Shown: positions 24,301 through 32,914 of the stretch, in pieces | Position numbering within the stretch: the first letter of the stretch is position 1 | Layout of the letters: each line of letters opens with the position of its first letter | IMG/VR virus record: IMGVR_UViG_3300037692_000242 | Location: 1 to 38,517 of that record | Direction: 5' to 3' (one strand) | DNA: 38,517 nucleotides | Source of the DNA: a virus | Lineage: Duplodnaviria > Caudoviricetes | Position numbers and translations under genes: made by a program | The notes under the pieces: model-generated | Databases searched by the model: none | Seen by the model: only the letters and a program-made list of their open reading frames with translations | Told to the model about the DNA's origin: nothing

Positions 24301-26874
24301 GCCGCTGTGCTCTTCATTTCCAAGATGAAAGTGCAGGAGATCCTCCCCGGGAAATTCGCTCAGGGCGAACAGAAAGCGGCCAAGGAGGCATTTGCACTCA
24401 ACGGGCAAGGGAAGTACGAGGAGGCGGCTCAGGCCAAGACCAGGCAGCTTCTCAATCACTACCTGTATCGGGAAGCGACCAGGGCCAGAGAGGAAGCCGA
24501 ATCCATCGCCAAGCGTATGAGGAAGCTCGGGGAAGGAAAGAGCCAGGCGCGGATCGGCAAGGCCGGTCAGGATTATCTCGAACAGGTCAACGGGCTTCTC
24601 GACCAATACGAGTTCGCCAAGGTCACCTACAAGGAACTCGACGCCCGGGAATCGCTCAAGGCATGGGTGAAGCGCAAGACGGAAGCCAACGGTTTCCCTC
24701 CCCCGATTGCTCCGGGAATCCTGGAGGAAGCCAGCCGGATCAACTACAAGACGTTGACGGTCCAGTCACTTCATGACGTGGCCGAGACGGTCGATATTAT
24801 CGTTCACCTCTCCCGCGTCGACGGCAAGATTCAAAAAGAGCAAGAGAAGCAGGACATCGCCGACCTGGGAGACATGGGTGCCGAGTCGATAGCCGAACAT
24901 TCCAAGGGAAAGAAAAAGCGGCACATCGAAAAGCGATTGACGCAGGACGAGTTCGGCAACGGCATGGACAATTATTTTGCCAGCCACCGCAAACTCTCTT
25001 CCCTGACCCGGCAGATGGACGGCGGTCAGGACGGCGGGGTGATGTGGAACCTCTACATGAGACCCCTGAATGAAGCCGCCGACAAGGAAGCGGCCATGAG
25101 GGCCGCGGCGGCGGAAGCCTTTCAGGAGATTTTCACCGTCTATTCCGTCCGGGAACGCGCCCAAATGAGCAAACGGGAGCACATCCCTGCCCTCGGAGAT
25201 AGCCTGTCGAAGTGGGGGCGACTGATGGTGGCTCTCAACATGGGCAACGACGGCAACCGGCAGCGCCTGGGGTCGATGTTCACCCCGGAGCAGGTTGCGG
25301 CCATCATCGATACCCTCGACGAGCGGGACGTGCAGTTTGTCCAAAGCGTTTGGAATTTCATCGGCAGTTACTGGAGCGAGATCGAGGCCAAGGAAAAGCG
25401 GGTCAACGGGGTGGCTCCGCAGCGGGTCGAGCCGACGCCCTGGGTGACAAAGTTCGGAATCAAAGCCGGGGGGTATTTCCCCATTTCCTACGATGCCGTC
25501 GAAACGCCGAAGGCCGGGGCACAGCAGCAACAGGAGATCCTTCAGCAGATCATGGGCGGGGCGTTTTCAAGGGCCACTACGCGGCACGGGCATACAGAGG
25601 CGCGGTTGGAAGCCCTCGACCGCCCTCTGAACCTGTCCATTGATGTCGTCTTCAACCACGTCAACCAGGTCATTCACGACCTGACACATCACGAAGTGCT
25701 TTATGACGTGAGCCGAATCATGGGGACCAGCGCCATGCAGAAGGCCGTTGTCGACCATTACGGCATCGAGATCTACAAGGTCATGACCGAAGGGCTCAGG
25801 GACATTGCCATTGGGGATATCCCGGCGCAGAACGCTTTCGAACGGTTCATGAACTACTCCCGTATCGGCATTTCGACGGCCAGCCTCGGTTACAACCTGG
25901 TGACCGCCATGATGCAGCCCATGGGCCTGACGCAATCCATCGTAAGGATCGGCTGGAAGCCTGTCGCCAAGGGAATCAGTCGCGCCATCGGCACCCCGGA
26001 GATGATGGGGAAGACGGCGGATTGGATTTATGAACAATCGTCCTTCATGAGGACCCGCGGCCTGACACAGAACCGTGAGATCAACGAGATCAGGAATCAG
26101 TTGGATGTCGGATTGGTCCCGCATGCGGTCAAGGAGTCTTATTTCTACTTCATCCAGCAGATGCAGCGCGTCGTCGATATCCCGACCTGGCTGGGGCAGT
26201 ACGAAAAGAGCATGGCCGAACATGGAGACGAGAAGTCCGCCGTTCTCGAAGCCGACCAGGCGGTGATTGATTCTCAAGCCTCGGGACAGATGAAGGATTT
26301 GGCTCGGATTCAGAAGGGCGGGGCGTACCAGAAAATGTTCACCACCTTTTACTCCTACTTTTCGACCACTTACAACCTGGCGGCAGAGAGCAAAGCGAGG
26401 ACGGATTTCAAAAATCCCCTTGAAGTTGGCAGGTTCATTGTCGACATGCTGATGCTCTACGTCGTGCCGGTGGTCCTGACCATGGCGCTGAAGGCGGCAA
26501 TCAATATCGCCATCGGCGGGGACGATGACGACAAGGACTTCGGAGAAATTGCCAAGGACTTCGCCGGGGAGAGCCTTGGATACCTCCTCGGCGGATTCAT
26601 CGGTGCTCGAGAGTTCGGCAGCGTTCTGGCCGGGTTTGCGGGGTATCAGGGACCGGCAGGCGCAAGGTTCTACAGCGACGCCAGCAAGCTGGCCAAAGAG
26701 CTTGCCCAGGGGGAACTCGACGGGGGACTGGTGAAGAGCCTTAACGCTGTCGGCGGGATTCTCTTTCACTACCCCGCTCTGCAGATTCAGCGCACGGCCC
26801 AGGGCATTATCGAGATCAAGGAAGGCCGCGGCAACGCACTGTCCCTGCTCTTCGGCAAGCCGAGAAAAAATTGA
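18334..26874 (+). CDS. Giant internal virion/ejection protein (gp16-like position), polyvalent multi-domain
   Basis: 2846 aa; central ART-like, GNAT-like and HELGH zincin-like domains; hydrophobic C-terminal region. Confidence 0.88.
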   Translation: MALKDLDNLLQAELATGKEKSSAYANGLTLAFETNPDVEAQKQKLQKTTGIPAALMDDETKQLAELQNFLSSKGVTDLPTKAPLTANWISQQENANIAHDDIEALVNLEALAKAGPNAPGAKSTLRFNTEYDQGRVRSVSEAFMDALKSSPDMAAAGLAEPGVWLGDFVEWSLRPFADPLGQRKQVADALRYSASYWDRNVKMRQKEYKPGSPESYGQMVGGSIGTSLLAAPFGLAGENAALGAFALFAGGGYQDMVDSGTSIPMAIALSGSNKAMEGLTEKLGMDALYGGKGPIIKKAVKFLLGDLAGEEVNALYNLGVSKVTVTPDMTMEQVVQQLVDTAIVTAFAGPIQGGTMGGVSRASGALYDAQLKRATAKDQEGFLLALGDSVRGTKTFKRMPEKVQALIQEIKKDGAVQDIYIPVEHFNELFQAQGMSPEEAAIQILSDPSRYDEAVATGGDIAIPLEEFAKLADAPYYAELARNAKTHFGSLSAREAEDLDSQTELMQSQILDLAQEDTAPVEETEVNQAFRQKTPDQRAAVIEEEKAKLAVGEDAGELQKQITDFEKIAAEKPGQYEAYQRIHEDTYEQLLAVGRPPQEARDHAEVRATALSTLAAQHGYDYKDLLNRFPVRVTNGGDAQIPSGPFAGKTYANVFAEGTSWVKSENARRENPAAKVSPREQQFRDMAAIDAADIDTNATNAEALVIDGHKKKATISANTFAHRWYLDAGYPAADVVATLKNIAKGKQLTENQQVIAGDWAESNKVLQSKFMTGVTAGDLQEGDEFTAMIDDKLDDFTVVKVEGGDVTLKDGVVKTVDFFDSIEIVGGIAGVTNKEAEADPEETRPVTMDDYFALHGAQIPSRLDQGGVDDKTGLPLNADGTVTVYHHTSKEKAAKIRESGTLKATAEPDVYVTTRRETDTGYGDTAVSIQVDPSLLEIDDEFPDGRVDYRLSVGKPGGSIAVKVTTPVELSEVLSDLKQKFPDLNLAVFENKGQISINRIQFPKEQQGQGNGSVVMIALTEYADATGQVITLTPSSDFGGTKSRVVSFNKRFGFVENKGKNKDFAISDTMYRLPKKEKDRTLFQGGSAEGHETFSVRKTQEEGMLLTATVTDGVTKVSGIGATHYDASTTMKATLPEGLTNGTGFVTPDGIFLRRKEAVQWLKENRNDAYRALDKITRTNGLESQAYAFAEGVVTGIDNSIEDFIRQQFGTDARTLFQSQPLDKISFDTSGEFETGREVTFNFVHNTASATKIFGKPKKDSPHDRSLEPSGRYVTKVDKAAKDLPAGMIGGEITFRNPIVLKGENWKKELSSQFGNKTGKRLSLAIIEAGFDGVVTTSESKSGRYVSEILDLTTFDEAKALYQSGRPSWVDAAKEITEERRAEFAAAAIKFFGKTTNPYEAGYVLPNGTMLDLSGRHYSQDHPSLRGQRSVDHRELMGENSDEFSIEEFFPDGLSGSDSMAYFMAATGAMRIDIRSGVASSMGSPSQKQITVLGNALKGEDATISLVNPETGKIVDEGEIDNANPRKIKAFFEAAAAKPDGFSYFQGKGNAGKRGYIRFGGSLEGFEIGLLKDANPSTFIHELGHYYMEILGDLAQDEGAPDALKADYATLLKWVGAKDRASLSVEQLEQIARGYEAYHWEGKAPSEKLRAVFARISVWFKAVYRTLKELNVELTPEVRDVFDRLLATDEEIAQAKQNAKPLYATAADAGMTPTVFAAYQKLAEHAQADAASRLDVAKMRDFLREQQQWWKDARDAMQEQIEKEAEGNPVYQLLHLIYNGELFDGSPYEGGQSRLSGTLLKEQIDPKKMKILRKKLGNVYVNEGGIDPQLASEQFGFSSVDEMVERLLSEPKMKAWVKEETDRRMEEQHGHMDPMKIAQEALSAVHNDYEATLLREELKAINKKRREVKPFTDAEKKQGKENLQNEKAQRRYERRWMDAEAKLKVAEAKAAGKEEIDALKEEIRSNKKLQIAARNVAKDLVPPIASFKSAAVLFISKMKVQEILPGKFAQGEQKAAKEAFALNGQGKYEEAAQAKTRQLLNHYLYREATRAREEAESIAKRMRKLGEGKSQARIGKAGQDYLEQVNGLLDQYEFAKVTYKELDARESLKAWVKRKTEANGFPPPIAPGILEEASRINYKTLTVQSLHDVAETVDIIVHLSRVDGKIQKEQEKQDIADLGDMGAESIAEHSKGKKKRHIEKRLTQDEFGNGMDNYFASHRKLSSLTRQMDGGQDGGVMWNLYMRPLNEAADKEAAMRAAAAEAFQEIFTVYSVRERAQMSKREHIPALGDSLSKWGRLMVALNMGNDGNRQRLGSMFTPEQVAAIIDTLDERDVQFVQSVWNFIGSYWSEIEAKEKRVNGVAPQRVEPTPWVTKFGIKAGGYFPISYDAVETPKAGAQQQQEILQQIMGGAFSRATTRHGHTEARLEALDRPLNLSIDVVFNHVNQVIHDLTHHEVLYDVSRIMGTSAMQKAVVDHYGIEIYKVMTEGLRDIAIGDIPAQNAFERFMNYSRIGISTASLGYNLVTAMMQPMGLTQSIVRIGWKPVAKGISRAIGTPEMMGKTADWIYEQSSFMRTRGLTQNREINEIRNQLDVGLVPHAVKESYFYFIQQMQRVVDIPTWLGQYEKSMAEHGDEKSAVLEADQAVIDSQASGQMKDLARIQKGGAYQKMFTTFYSYFSTTYNLAAESKARTDFKNPLEVGRFIVDMLMLYVVPVVLTMALKAAINIAIGGDDDDKDFGEIAKDFAGESLGYLLGGFIGAREFGSVLAGFAGYQGPAGARFYSDASKLAKELAQGELDGGLVKSLNAVGGILFHYPALQIQRTAQGIIEIKEGRGNALSLLFGKPRKN

Positions 26875-26900
26875 AGAAAACAGGCAGCTTCGTGTAGAAT
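26871..26900 (+). promoter_or_regulatory. Possible sigma70 promoter before the tailspike gene
   Basis: TTGAAG-N18-TAGAAT upstream of the AGGAGG RBS. Confidence 0.35.
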
Positions 26901-26926
26901 CAGCAATCATTTACAGGAGGAAGACG

Positions 26927-29239
26927 ATGACGCTCCAGACGGCAGAGTGCAGCAAGACGTTTATCGGGGCGGAAACCACCGGACCCTTCACCTGGACTTG
27001 GCGCTTTTTTGCCAACGGCCATATCACAGCGGTCAAGACTGTGGCCGGGGTCGAAGTCCCTTTGTCCGAAGGAACCGACTACACTCTGACCGGCGCCAAC
27101 GGCTATCAGGGCGGAACGCTCACTCTGGTGGCTGCGCTCCTGACCGGCGAAACGCTCTATGTGGAACGAAACACTCCCGCCATTCAGAGCATCGACCTCC
27201 GCAACCAGGGCGATTTCTTTCCGGAAACGTATGAGGACGCCCTTGATTACGGGATGGCAATCAAGCAGGAGCAAAACCGGGACGCGAACCTTCACCTTCG
27301 GCTTACGCCCCCGGGCACCGGGGTCAGCGTCACGATGCCGCTCCCTTCATCCGGCATGGGGGTTCGGTGGAACACCGAGGGGGATGCTCTTGAAGCGGTC
27401 GGTCTCAACGCCGAGACGTGGGACGCTGAGCCGGGGACAAGAGCAGCGGTCGACGCCGATCTTCAGACTCAAATTGACAGCAACGATGTCGAGCTGGCCG
27501 ACCATGAAGATCGAGTATCGCGGTCCCTGAAGTTTCCCGTGGGAGATACGACTTCCCCGACTATCCCGGACGCGACGACTAGGGCAAATAAAGCGCTGGG
27601 TTTTGACCTCGCCGGAGTGCCGGTGGCATTTGATGTCGCCGCGGACCTGTCCGGATACGCCATCAGCAAAACCCCTGTCGCTGACGCTCTCCCTCAATAT
27701 GATCCGGATGGGGTGATTCAGGGGACAAATATCGTCCATCGCGTCGACACCATCGCCGATCTGCGGCTGCTCACTGGATCACCGGGGCGGTCGGCTGTGC
27801 AGGTGCTCGGCTACTATGCTGCGGGGGATGGTGGCGGGGGTCCGGTAAGGCATTGGGTGGATGGTGCGGCTCCGGGGACCTATGTGGATGATGGCGGGGC
27901 TACGCTGGTGCCGACTGGCGGGGATGGGAGTGCTGCGTGGCTATTTACCGAGGATTCCGGTGACTACAACGTAGCCACGTTTGGTGCAAAGGCTGGGACA
28001 GACAGTACTGCATCGGTGCAAGCTTGCGCAGATTACCTTGTAGCAAAAGGAGGGGGAGGACTTTTTTTCCCTAAATCCTACATTTTAGGCCCCATAACAA
28101 TCACAATGGGTGTTAATCGCAGGGGATTGTGGATTCATGGGGTAGGGATGCGAAGCACTTTGACCCCCAGCGGCCCGATTGATATATTCACGATTGATAT
28201 GGGGACGTCAAATTTCCAGAGTTTACTAGTCGAAAAATTACAGTTTGATTTCAATTTGCAGGATGCTCGGGCGATTGTGACTATTGCGGGCGGAATGGCC
28301 GGGCACTACGCTGACCTGTACGTTAAAGGCTTCTCCGCCACGGCAACAAAACCAGCCATTATTACCGGGGTAAATGATCACGTTGTTAAGTTTGACCGTA
28401 TTAATATGATTGGTAATCTGCAAAAAGGAATTGGTATTAATTCACAGGGTTATTCTTCAAATTTTTCAAATGTTAATCTTACTTTTTTAGATACTGCCAT
28501 CGTTATGGGGGAAATCTCAAACGCCAATATCAAAGAAAGCCGAATAGATGAAAACAATGTCGGTATTTCTGTTTCTGGGATCTCACTTTTCCAATTAAAC
28601 ATACAAGGCAACAGGTTTGAGCGAAATAAAAACTACTCTATTTATTTACAAGGATATGGTTCTGACCCTGATTTAATTAAAGGGGTTACTGTACAAGATA
28701 ATTATTTTACTGGCCTTAATGAGCCTACTAACGTAGGTATTTATATTAAAAATACAATTAGCACGTCCATTTTGAGGAATGTTTTTAAATCTACGGATAA
28801 CATCAATATCCTCGGAGTTCCATTAATTGTTGATACTAATAATACTAGGGTGGCGATTAATGGCAATACAACGGTTTATCTGAGTGGTGATTTTTCGGAT
28901 ATAACTAACATTTTTGAGGTGGACAACATCAAGCAAGATCAAAACACAGCCAGCGGCATTTTGGGTCGAGTGCGTGTTATTCCAGATCTATCCACAAATT
29001 ATCCAATAACATTGAATGCCAGAATGTACTTAGCTGCGTTTTCAGCTCCTACTAATTTCACTGGCTTTACCGGCGGGGTTAGTGGGTTTGACCTTTACCT
29101 AAAAAGCAGCAACACAAACTTGACGCTAGTTCATAACCTCTCTGCCCTTATTCTCAAAGGAGGAGTCAGCCGTGCATTGACTGCAGGGGAAACGGTCCAC
29201 CTTATAATGATCAACGCGGGTATATGGAACGAAATTTGA
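26927..29239 (+). CDS. Tail fibre/tailspike with beta-helix (pectate-lyase-like) C-terminal domain
   Basis: T7-fibre-like N-terminal anchor (GTDYTLTG, R.TP..Q..DL.NQG.F.PE..EDALD); GYYAAGDGGGG; NV..FGA..GTDST...Q; Asn/Ile-rich beta-helix repeats. Confidence 0.9.
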   Translation: MTLQTAECSKTFIGAETTGPFTWTWRFFANGHITAVKTVAGVEVPLSEGTDYTLTGANGYQGGTLTLVAALLTGETLYVERNTPAIQSIDLRNQGDFFPETYEDALDYGMAIKQEQNRDANLHLRLTPPGTGVSVTMPLPSSGMGVRWNTEGDALEAVGLNAETWDAEPGTRAAVDADLQTQIDSNDVELADHEDRVSRSLKFPVGDTTSPTIPDATTRANKALGFDLAGVPVAFDVAADLSGYAISKTPVADALPQYDPDGVIQGTNIVHRVDTIADLRLLTGSPGRSAVQVLGYYAAGDGGGGPVRHWVDGAAPGTYVDDGGATLVPTGGDGSAAWLFTEDSGDYNVATFGAKAGTDSTASVQACADYLVAKGGGGLFFPKSYILGPITITMGVNRRGLWIHGVGMRSTLTPSGPIDIFTIDMGTSNFQSLLVEKLQFDFNLQDARAIVTIAGGMAGHYADLYVKGFSATATKPAIITGVNDHVVKFDRINMIGNLQKGIGINSQGYSSNFSNVNLTFLDTAIVMGEISNANIKESRIDENNVGISVSGISLFQLNIQGNRFERNKNYSIYLQGYGSDPDLIKGVTVQDNYFTGLNEPTNVGIYIKNTISTSILRNVFKSTDNINILGVPLIVDTNNTRVAINGNTTVYLSGDFSDITNIFEVDNIKQDQNTASGILGRVRVIPDLSTNYPITLNARMYLAAFSAPTNFTGFTGGVSGFDLYLKSSNTNLTLVHNLSALILKGGVSRALTAGETVHLIMINAGIWNEI

Positions 29240-29315
29240 TACCAAACCAACCGTCAGCCAGTGCCAGAGCAATCGGCGTGGTATAGGGCAATAATCAACG
29301 ACGAAAGGACAAACA

Positions 29316-29852
29316 ATGACCTGGGGAAAAGTAGGCGAATGGATCAAGGGAAACGCAGGCTCCGGTGTGGCTCTCGTCGGCTCCCTGCTTACCGGGAACC
29401 TCCCTGGAGCAATTGCGGCCGGAGTGTCAATGGTCTCCTCAGCCACGGGGAGCGACGACCCGGCAACGGCGCTGTCGATGCTGCAATCGGACCCGGCCTC
29501 GATGCTCAAGCTCAAGGAGCTTTATTACCAGGAGCAGGAGAACGTCCGGAAGCATTTGCAGGAGATGACCCGCCTCGGCCTGGAGGACAAACAGAAACAG
29601 CACACCGAGACGCAGACGACCGTCCGGGCAGGGGATACCTCGGGGGACCGGTTCGTTCGCTGGACAAGACCAGGCCAGGCGTGGTGCAGTCTCTTTGCCG
29701 CCTTCGTTTACGTGTTCACGGCGCCTGTTGTTGACGTGTACATCCTGGCCGCACTGCTCACCCTCTCGTTCTCCTATGCAGGTCTGCGCCAGATCGGCAA
29801 AGGCGTCGACGTGATCAGTTCCATGAAGGTTGCCCAGGCGGGGGCGAAATGA
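29316..29852 (+). CDS. Holin (3TM/GTA-holin-like)
   Basis: Hydrophobic N-terminus, coiled middle, D.FVRWTRP motif followed by two TM segments and Y.GLR..GK; ATGA overlap with the endolysin gene. Confidence 0.75.
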   Translation: MTWGKVGEWIKGNAGSGVALVGSLLTGNLPGAIAAGVSMVSSATGSDDPATALSMLQSDPASMLKLKELYYQEQENVRKHLQEMTRLGLEDKQKQHTETQTTVRAGDTSGDRFVRWTRPGQAWCSLFAAFVYVFTAPVVDVYILAALLTLSFSYAGLRQIGKGVDVISSMKVAQAGAK

Positions 29853-30283
29853 AAAAGTCTCTGCTGGTAATTCATTGCGCCGACACCTATTCCCACATGA
29901 ATATTGACGTGGAAACGGTGAGAGGCTGGCACAAGGCCAAAGGATGGACGGATATTGGATACGCTCATTTCGTCAAGCGGGACGGCACCATCCAAGCCGG
30001 AAGGGATCTCGACGGCGACGGCGACGTAAGCGACGAGGTTGGAGCCCACGTCTCCGGGTTCAATGCCGAGTCTATCGGGATTTGCTACGCCGGAGGAAAG
30101 GGAACCAACGGCCACCCTCAGTTCAACGCGACCCCGGAACAAATGGCGTCCCTGCAATTTTTGGTGGACGCCTACGAGGTCAAGTTCCCCGGGATCAAGA
30201 CGGTCGGCCACTGCGACCTTCCCGGGGGAGACAAAGCCTGTCCGGTCTTCGATGTCGGGGCATGGCGCAAGACGTGGAAATAA
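29849..30283 (+). CDS. Endolysin, N-acetylmuramoyl-L-alanine amidase (T7 lysozyme-like)
   Basis: VIHC, GW.DIGY.HF, GAHV.G.N..SIGICY.GG, VGHCD, KACP Zn-amidase motifs. Confidence 0.93.
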   Translation: MKKSLLVIHCADTYSHMNIDVETVRGWHKAKGWTDIGYAHFVKRDGTIQAGRDLDGDGDVSDEVGAHVSGFNAESIGICYAGGKGTNGHPQFNATPEQMASLQFLVDAYEVKFPGIKTVGHCDLPGGDKACPVFDVGAWRKTWK

Positions 30284-30319
30284 AAAAGCCGGGGCACTCA
30301 GCCCCGGCTCTTTCTTTTT
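30282..30319. terminator. Bidirectional rho-independent terminator
   Basis: AAAAAA-GCCGGGGC-actca-GCCCCGGC-TCTTTCTTTTT between convergent operons. Confidence 0.88.
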
Positions 30320-30483
30320 CAATCCCCCATTTCCCTGCACAGCTTCTTGTAAAAATTCTTTCTCGCCCGAAGAATGCTGATTTCCTTTTTGGCCTCGCAG
30401 TATTTGAACTGGTAGCTTGCCGCCGTGCTGACCATTCGTTTCAGCCTCCACGTCAAATCCTTGATCTCCTCGTCTTTGGTCAT
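30319..30483 (-). CDS. Small hypothetical protein (54 aa; not in ORF track)
   Basis: MTKDEEIKDLTWRLKRMVSTAASYQFKYCEAKKEISILRARKNFYKKLCREMGD*; ATGA overlap with the upstream nuclease gene and AGGAG RBS. Confidence 0.65.
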   Translation of the reverse strand: MTKDEEIKDLTWRLKRMVSTAASYQFKYCEAKKEISILRARKNFYKKLCREMGD

Positions 30484-31016
30484 TCCCACTCCTTTATAAT
30501 TTTAGAAGAACCCTTGGCTATGTCTTCATACCTCTCATAGGGAATACCAAGTTCAATAGCTATCCTTTCCGTTTTCCGTGATTGTGTTATCAGTGAAAGT
30601 TTTGCATATTCATCTGGATAATATTTTTTGAACCGCTTTAACTTCGTGATACTCTTACTGTCGAACCATCCCTTGACCTCTATCCATCTCCCCGTGGTTT
30701 TGTTGAAAAAGTCAGGGGTATATGAAACGGTTCCTCTGCGAATGCCCTCAAAGTAAAAATCTCGGGGTTCGTAATCCCATTCCTCCCCGATAAGGTTCAG
30801 GTATCTAGCGAAGTTCGCTTCTGTTTTGCTTCTAAAGAAAACGTCTCCAAGATCCACCCTCTTCCCGGAGACTGTTCTTGAATATGGGTTTGTAATATGT
30901 CTCATAGGGTTGACTGTTCCATTGGAAACCTTGGTTAAGAGAATCTTTTCGGACCTATCGCTGATGTTCTTTGCGGTCAAGTCAACACTATTCCGGTTCA
31001 TTGTTGGGACAGGCAT
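30480..31016 (-). CDS. PD-(D/E)xK endonuclease, T7 endonuclease I-like (putative resolvase)
   Basis: FRSKTEANFARYL...WDYEP..F...YTPDF...IEVKGW; true start may be 31001 or 30905. Confidence 0.85.
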   Translation of the reverse strand: MPVPTMNRNSVDLTAKNISDRSEKILLTKVSNGTVNPMRHITNPYSRTVSGKRVDLGDVFFRSKTEANFARYLNLIGEEWDYEPRDFYFEGIRRGTVSYTPDFFNKTTGRWIEVKGWFDSKSITKLKRFKKYYPDEYAKLSLITQSRKTERIAIELGIPYERYEDIAKGSSKIIKEWE

Positions 31017-31779
31017 CGTCGTGCCCCTCGGTGCGGTGGCAGAATTCGCAAGGCTCGATTTCCTTAACCTCCCGCGGTTCTGGGGTGAATCCGAAACGGT
31101 CCATCAGCGTCGTCGGGGGAGTCCTGTCGATCCCTTCGTGCTCGTTGAGCATGTGAATCGCTTCCGCCATGCGCTCCGTTTTCGGAAGGAGCTTGAAGAG
31201 TTTCTTCACGGCAGTTTTTCTCCACATCTCAGATTCCCATTCAACCCAAGGTCCCGATTTGGCCTTGCTCACCGCCTTGACCTTCATCACCTCTTCCCGG
31301 TCAAGGACGATGAATTTCTTCATGCCGTTGTGGAGGATGGCTACCGCGTAGACAAAGACGGCTTCTCCCTTGTTTCCGCTCATGACGGGCCGGTGAACGA
31401 GCTTGGGACTCAGCCCCATTTCGTAGTCGAAAACGTCATTTTCGTAAACCACCGAAGCGTCGATATCCAGGACCGATCCCGAGTCTGTCGCCACCATGAC
31501 CATGCCGCGGTAGGAGATATCCAGCACACACTTTCCCCCCCTGGGTACGAGATAGGCCAGGGCCAGCGCCGGGTTCAGGCTGATGCCAATGGTTGCCAGG
31601 TTGATGATCGCATTCTGAATCGATTCCTGGGTGCATTTCTGCAGGGCCTCGCTGCCGCGCACCACCTGCATGGCGAAAACAAGTTCTCTGTTCCATCTGG
31701 CTTCGTCGCCGTTTTCGATTTTCAGGAACATGGATTTTGCCGAAATGATGGCCAGTTCGTGTCGTGGTCTGTCGGTCAT
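30988..31779 (-). CDS. recT: RecT family single-strand annealing protein
   Basis: C...SI..A....A..G..LNP....AYLVPRGG...L.ISYRG, VVYENDVF.Y..G, PW.....EM..KT.VK...K.LP. Confidence 0.92.
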   Translation of the reverse strand: MTDRPRHELAIISAKSMFLKIENGDEARWNRELVFAMQVVRGSEALQKCTQESIQNAIINLATIGISLNPALALAYLVPRGGKCVLDISYRGMVMVATDSGSVLDIDASVVYENDVFDYEMGLSPKLVHRPVMSGNKGEAVFVYAVAILHNGMKKFIVLDREEVMKVKAVSKAKSGPWVEWESEMWRKTAVKKLFKLLPKTERMAEAIHMLNEHEGIDRTPPTTLMDRFGFTPEPREVKEIEPCEFCHRTEGHDDACPNNEPE

Positions 31780-31797
31780 GATAATCTCCCTGGTAAT

Positions 31798-32895
31798 TTA
31801 GGCGTTGGCTTCGGCGATGATCAGGATCTGCTGCATGATATCCTCCGCATCATGGCCGGTCGCATTGTACTCCGTGACGAGACCAATGATCTTCTTGAAC
31901 GCGGTCCCGGAATCCTTGCACTTGGCGGCGAGGATCTTCTTTTCCCGCTCGACCTTCTTCTTCTCCTTCTCTGCGGCCAGCCGGAGTTTTTCGTTCTCAG
32001 CGTTCCTAAACCGAATCTGCTCCTGCTCTTCTGCCCAGCGAAGGTCTTCCTGCCGGCGCTTCTCGGCGTCGATGCGGTCCTGCTCTTCCCGAGCGGCGCG
32101 TTCCTGCTTCTCCTTTTCTTCCCGGAGAATCCGGGCGGCTTTCTCCTGCTCCTCCTGCTGAATGCGCAGCTTCTCATTGTGCTGGCGCCATTCTTCTTCC
32201 TGTTGCTGCTTCCTCTTTTCGAACTCCTCCCGCTCGAGCCGCAACTTTTCGGCCTCCTCGTCCATGCGCTTCTGTTCGATTTCCCGGGCAATGCGCTCCT
32301 CTTCGAGTCTGGCAAGCCGTGCGGCCTCCTCAGCAAGCACAAGCTCTTCTTCCTGCACCCTTGCTGCATGGATCTCTTTGACGGCAACCAGGGCCGAATC
32401 AAGGGCCTCCTGTGCCAAAAGCAGCCACTCCCCGTAAGTGTCCGGGTCGAGAATGTGATGGGCCAGAAAGTCGACGCTCTCCTGAATTTTAGCCGAAGGC
32501 AGGCCGGTCATGCGCTCGGGGATACCCTTGATCTTTTCTATGGACCCCATGATTTTCTGAACGCGAAGCTGTTCCGCGGCAATCTTGCGCTGTTTTTCCT
32601 CTTCCTTCCTCGCCTCTTCTTCCTTGATCTGCCGGTCAATCGGCTCTTCGAGCAGGCGGATCTCGGTTTCAATCCGCTTGGCTTCCGTGTCGATCAACTT
32701 GGCTCTCTCCAGGGCCGGAGCTTTGAGCTCCTTCCGCTTGGCCTCCAGATCGACGCGCAGGGTGACGAGTTCCCGGCGGTCCAGTTTGGCCAGGTTCATT
32801 CCCGTGACGGTAGTCACATCGTACCGGGCATCCTTGAGCTTGGCCTGCAGGGCGGCGAGGGCGGCGGCGGTGACATTGTACTCAATAATATTCAT
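31798..32895 (-). CDS. Coiled-coil protein of the recombination operon (DUF1351-like)
   Basis: RVDLE.KRKELK.P.L...K.ID.EAKRI...I...EEPID.QIK followed by a long E/K/R-rich coiled coil. Confidence 0.8.
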   Translation of the reverse strand: MNIIEYNVTAAALAALQAKLKDARYDVTTVTGMNLAKLDRRELVTLRVDLEAKRKELKAPALERAKLIDTEAKRIETEIRLLEEPIDRQIKEEEARKEEEKQRKIAAEQLRVQKIMGSIEKIKGIPERMTGLPSAKIQESVDFLAHHILDPDTYGEWLLLAQEALDSALVAVKEIHAARVQEEELVLAEEAARLARLEEERIAREIEQKRMDEEAEKLRLEREEFEKRKQQQEEEWRQHNEKLRIQQEEQEKAARILREEKEKQERAAREEQDRIDAEKRRQEDLRWAEEQEQIRFRNAENEKLRLAAEKEKKKVEREKKILAAKCKDSGTAFKKIIGLVTEYNATGHDAEDIMQQILIIAEANA

Positions 32896-32914
32896 CTACA
32901 TTTCCTCCTGAAAT

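Noticed and set aside
26927-29239. BPP-1-style diversity-generating retroelement acting on the tail fibre
   Set aside because: No reverse transcriptase ORF and no template/variable repeat pair seen; the C-terminus looks like a beta-helix.
31960-32400. Low-complexity purine/pyrimidine-skewed tract as a DNA repeat element
   Set aside because: Explained by the E/K/R/Q-rich coiled coil of the minus-strand gene.
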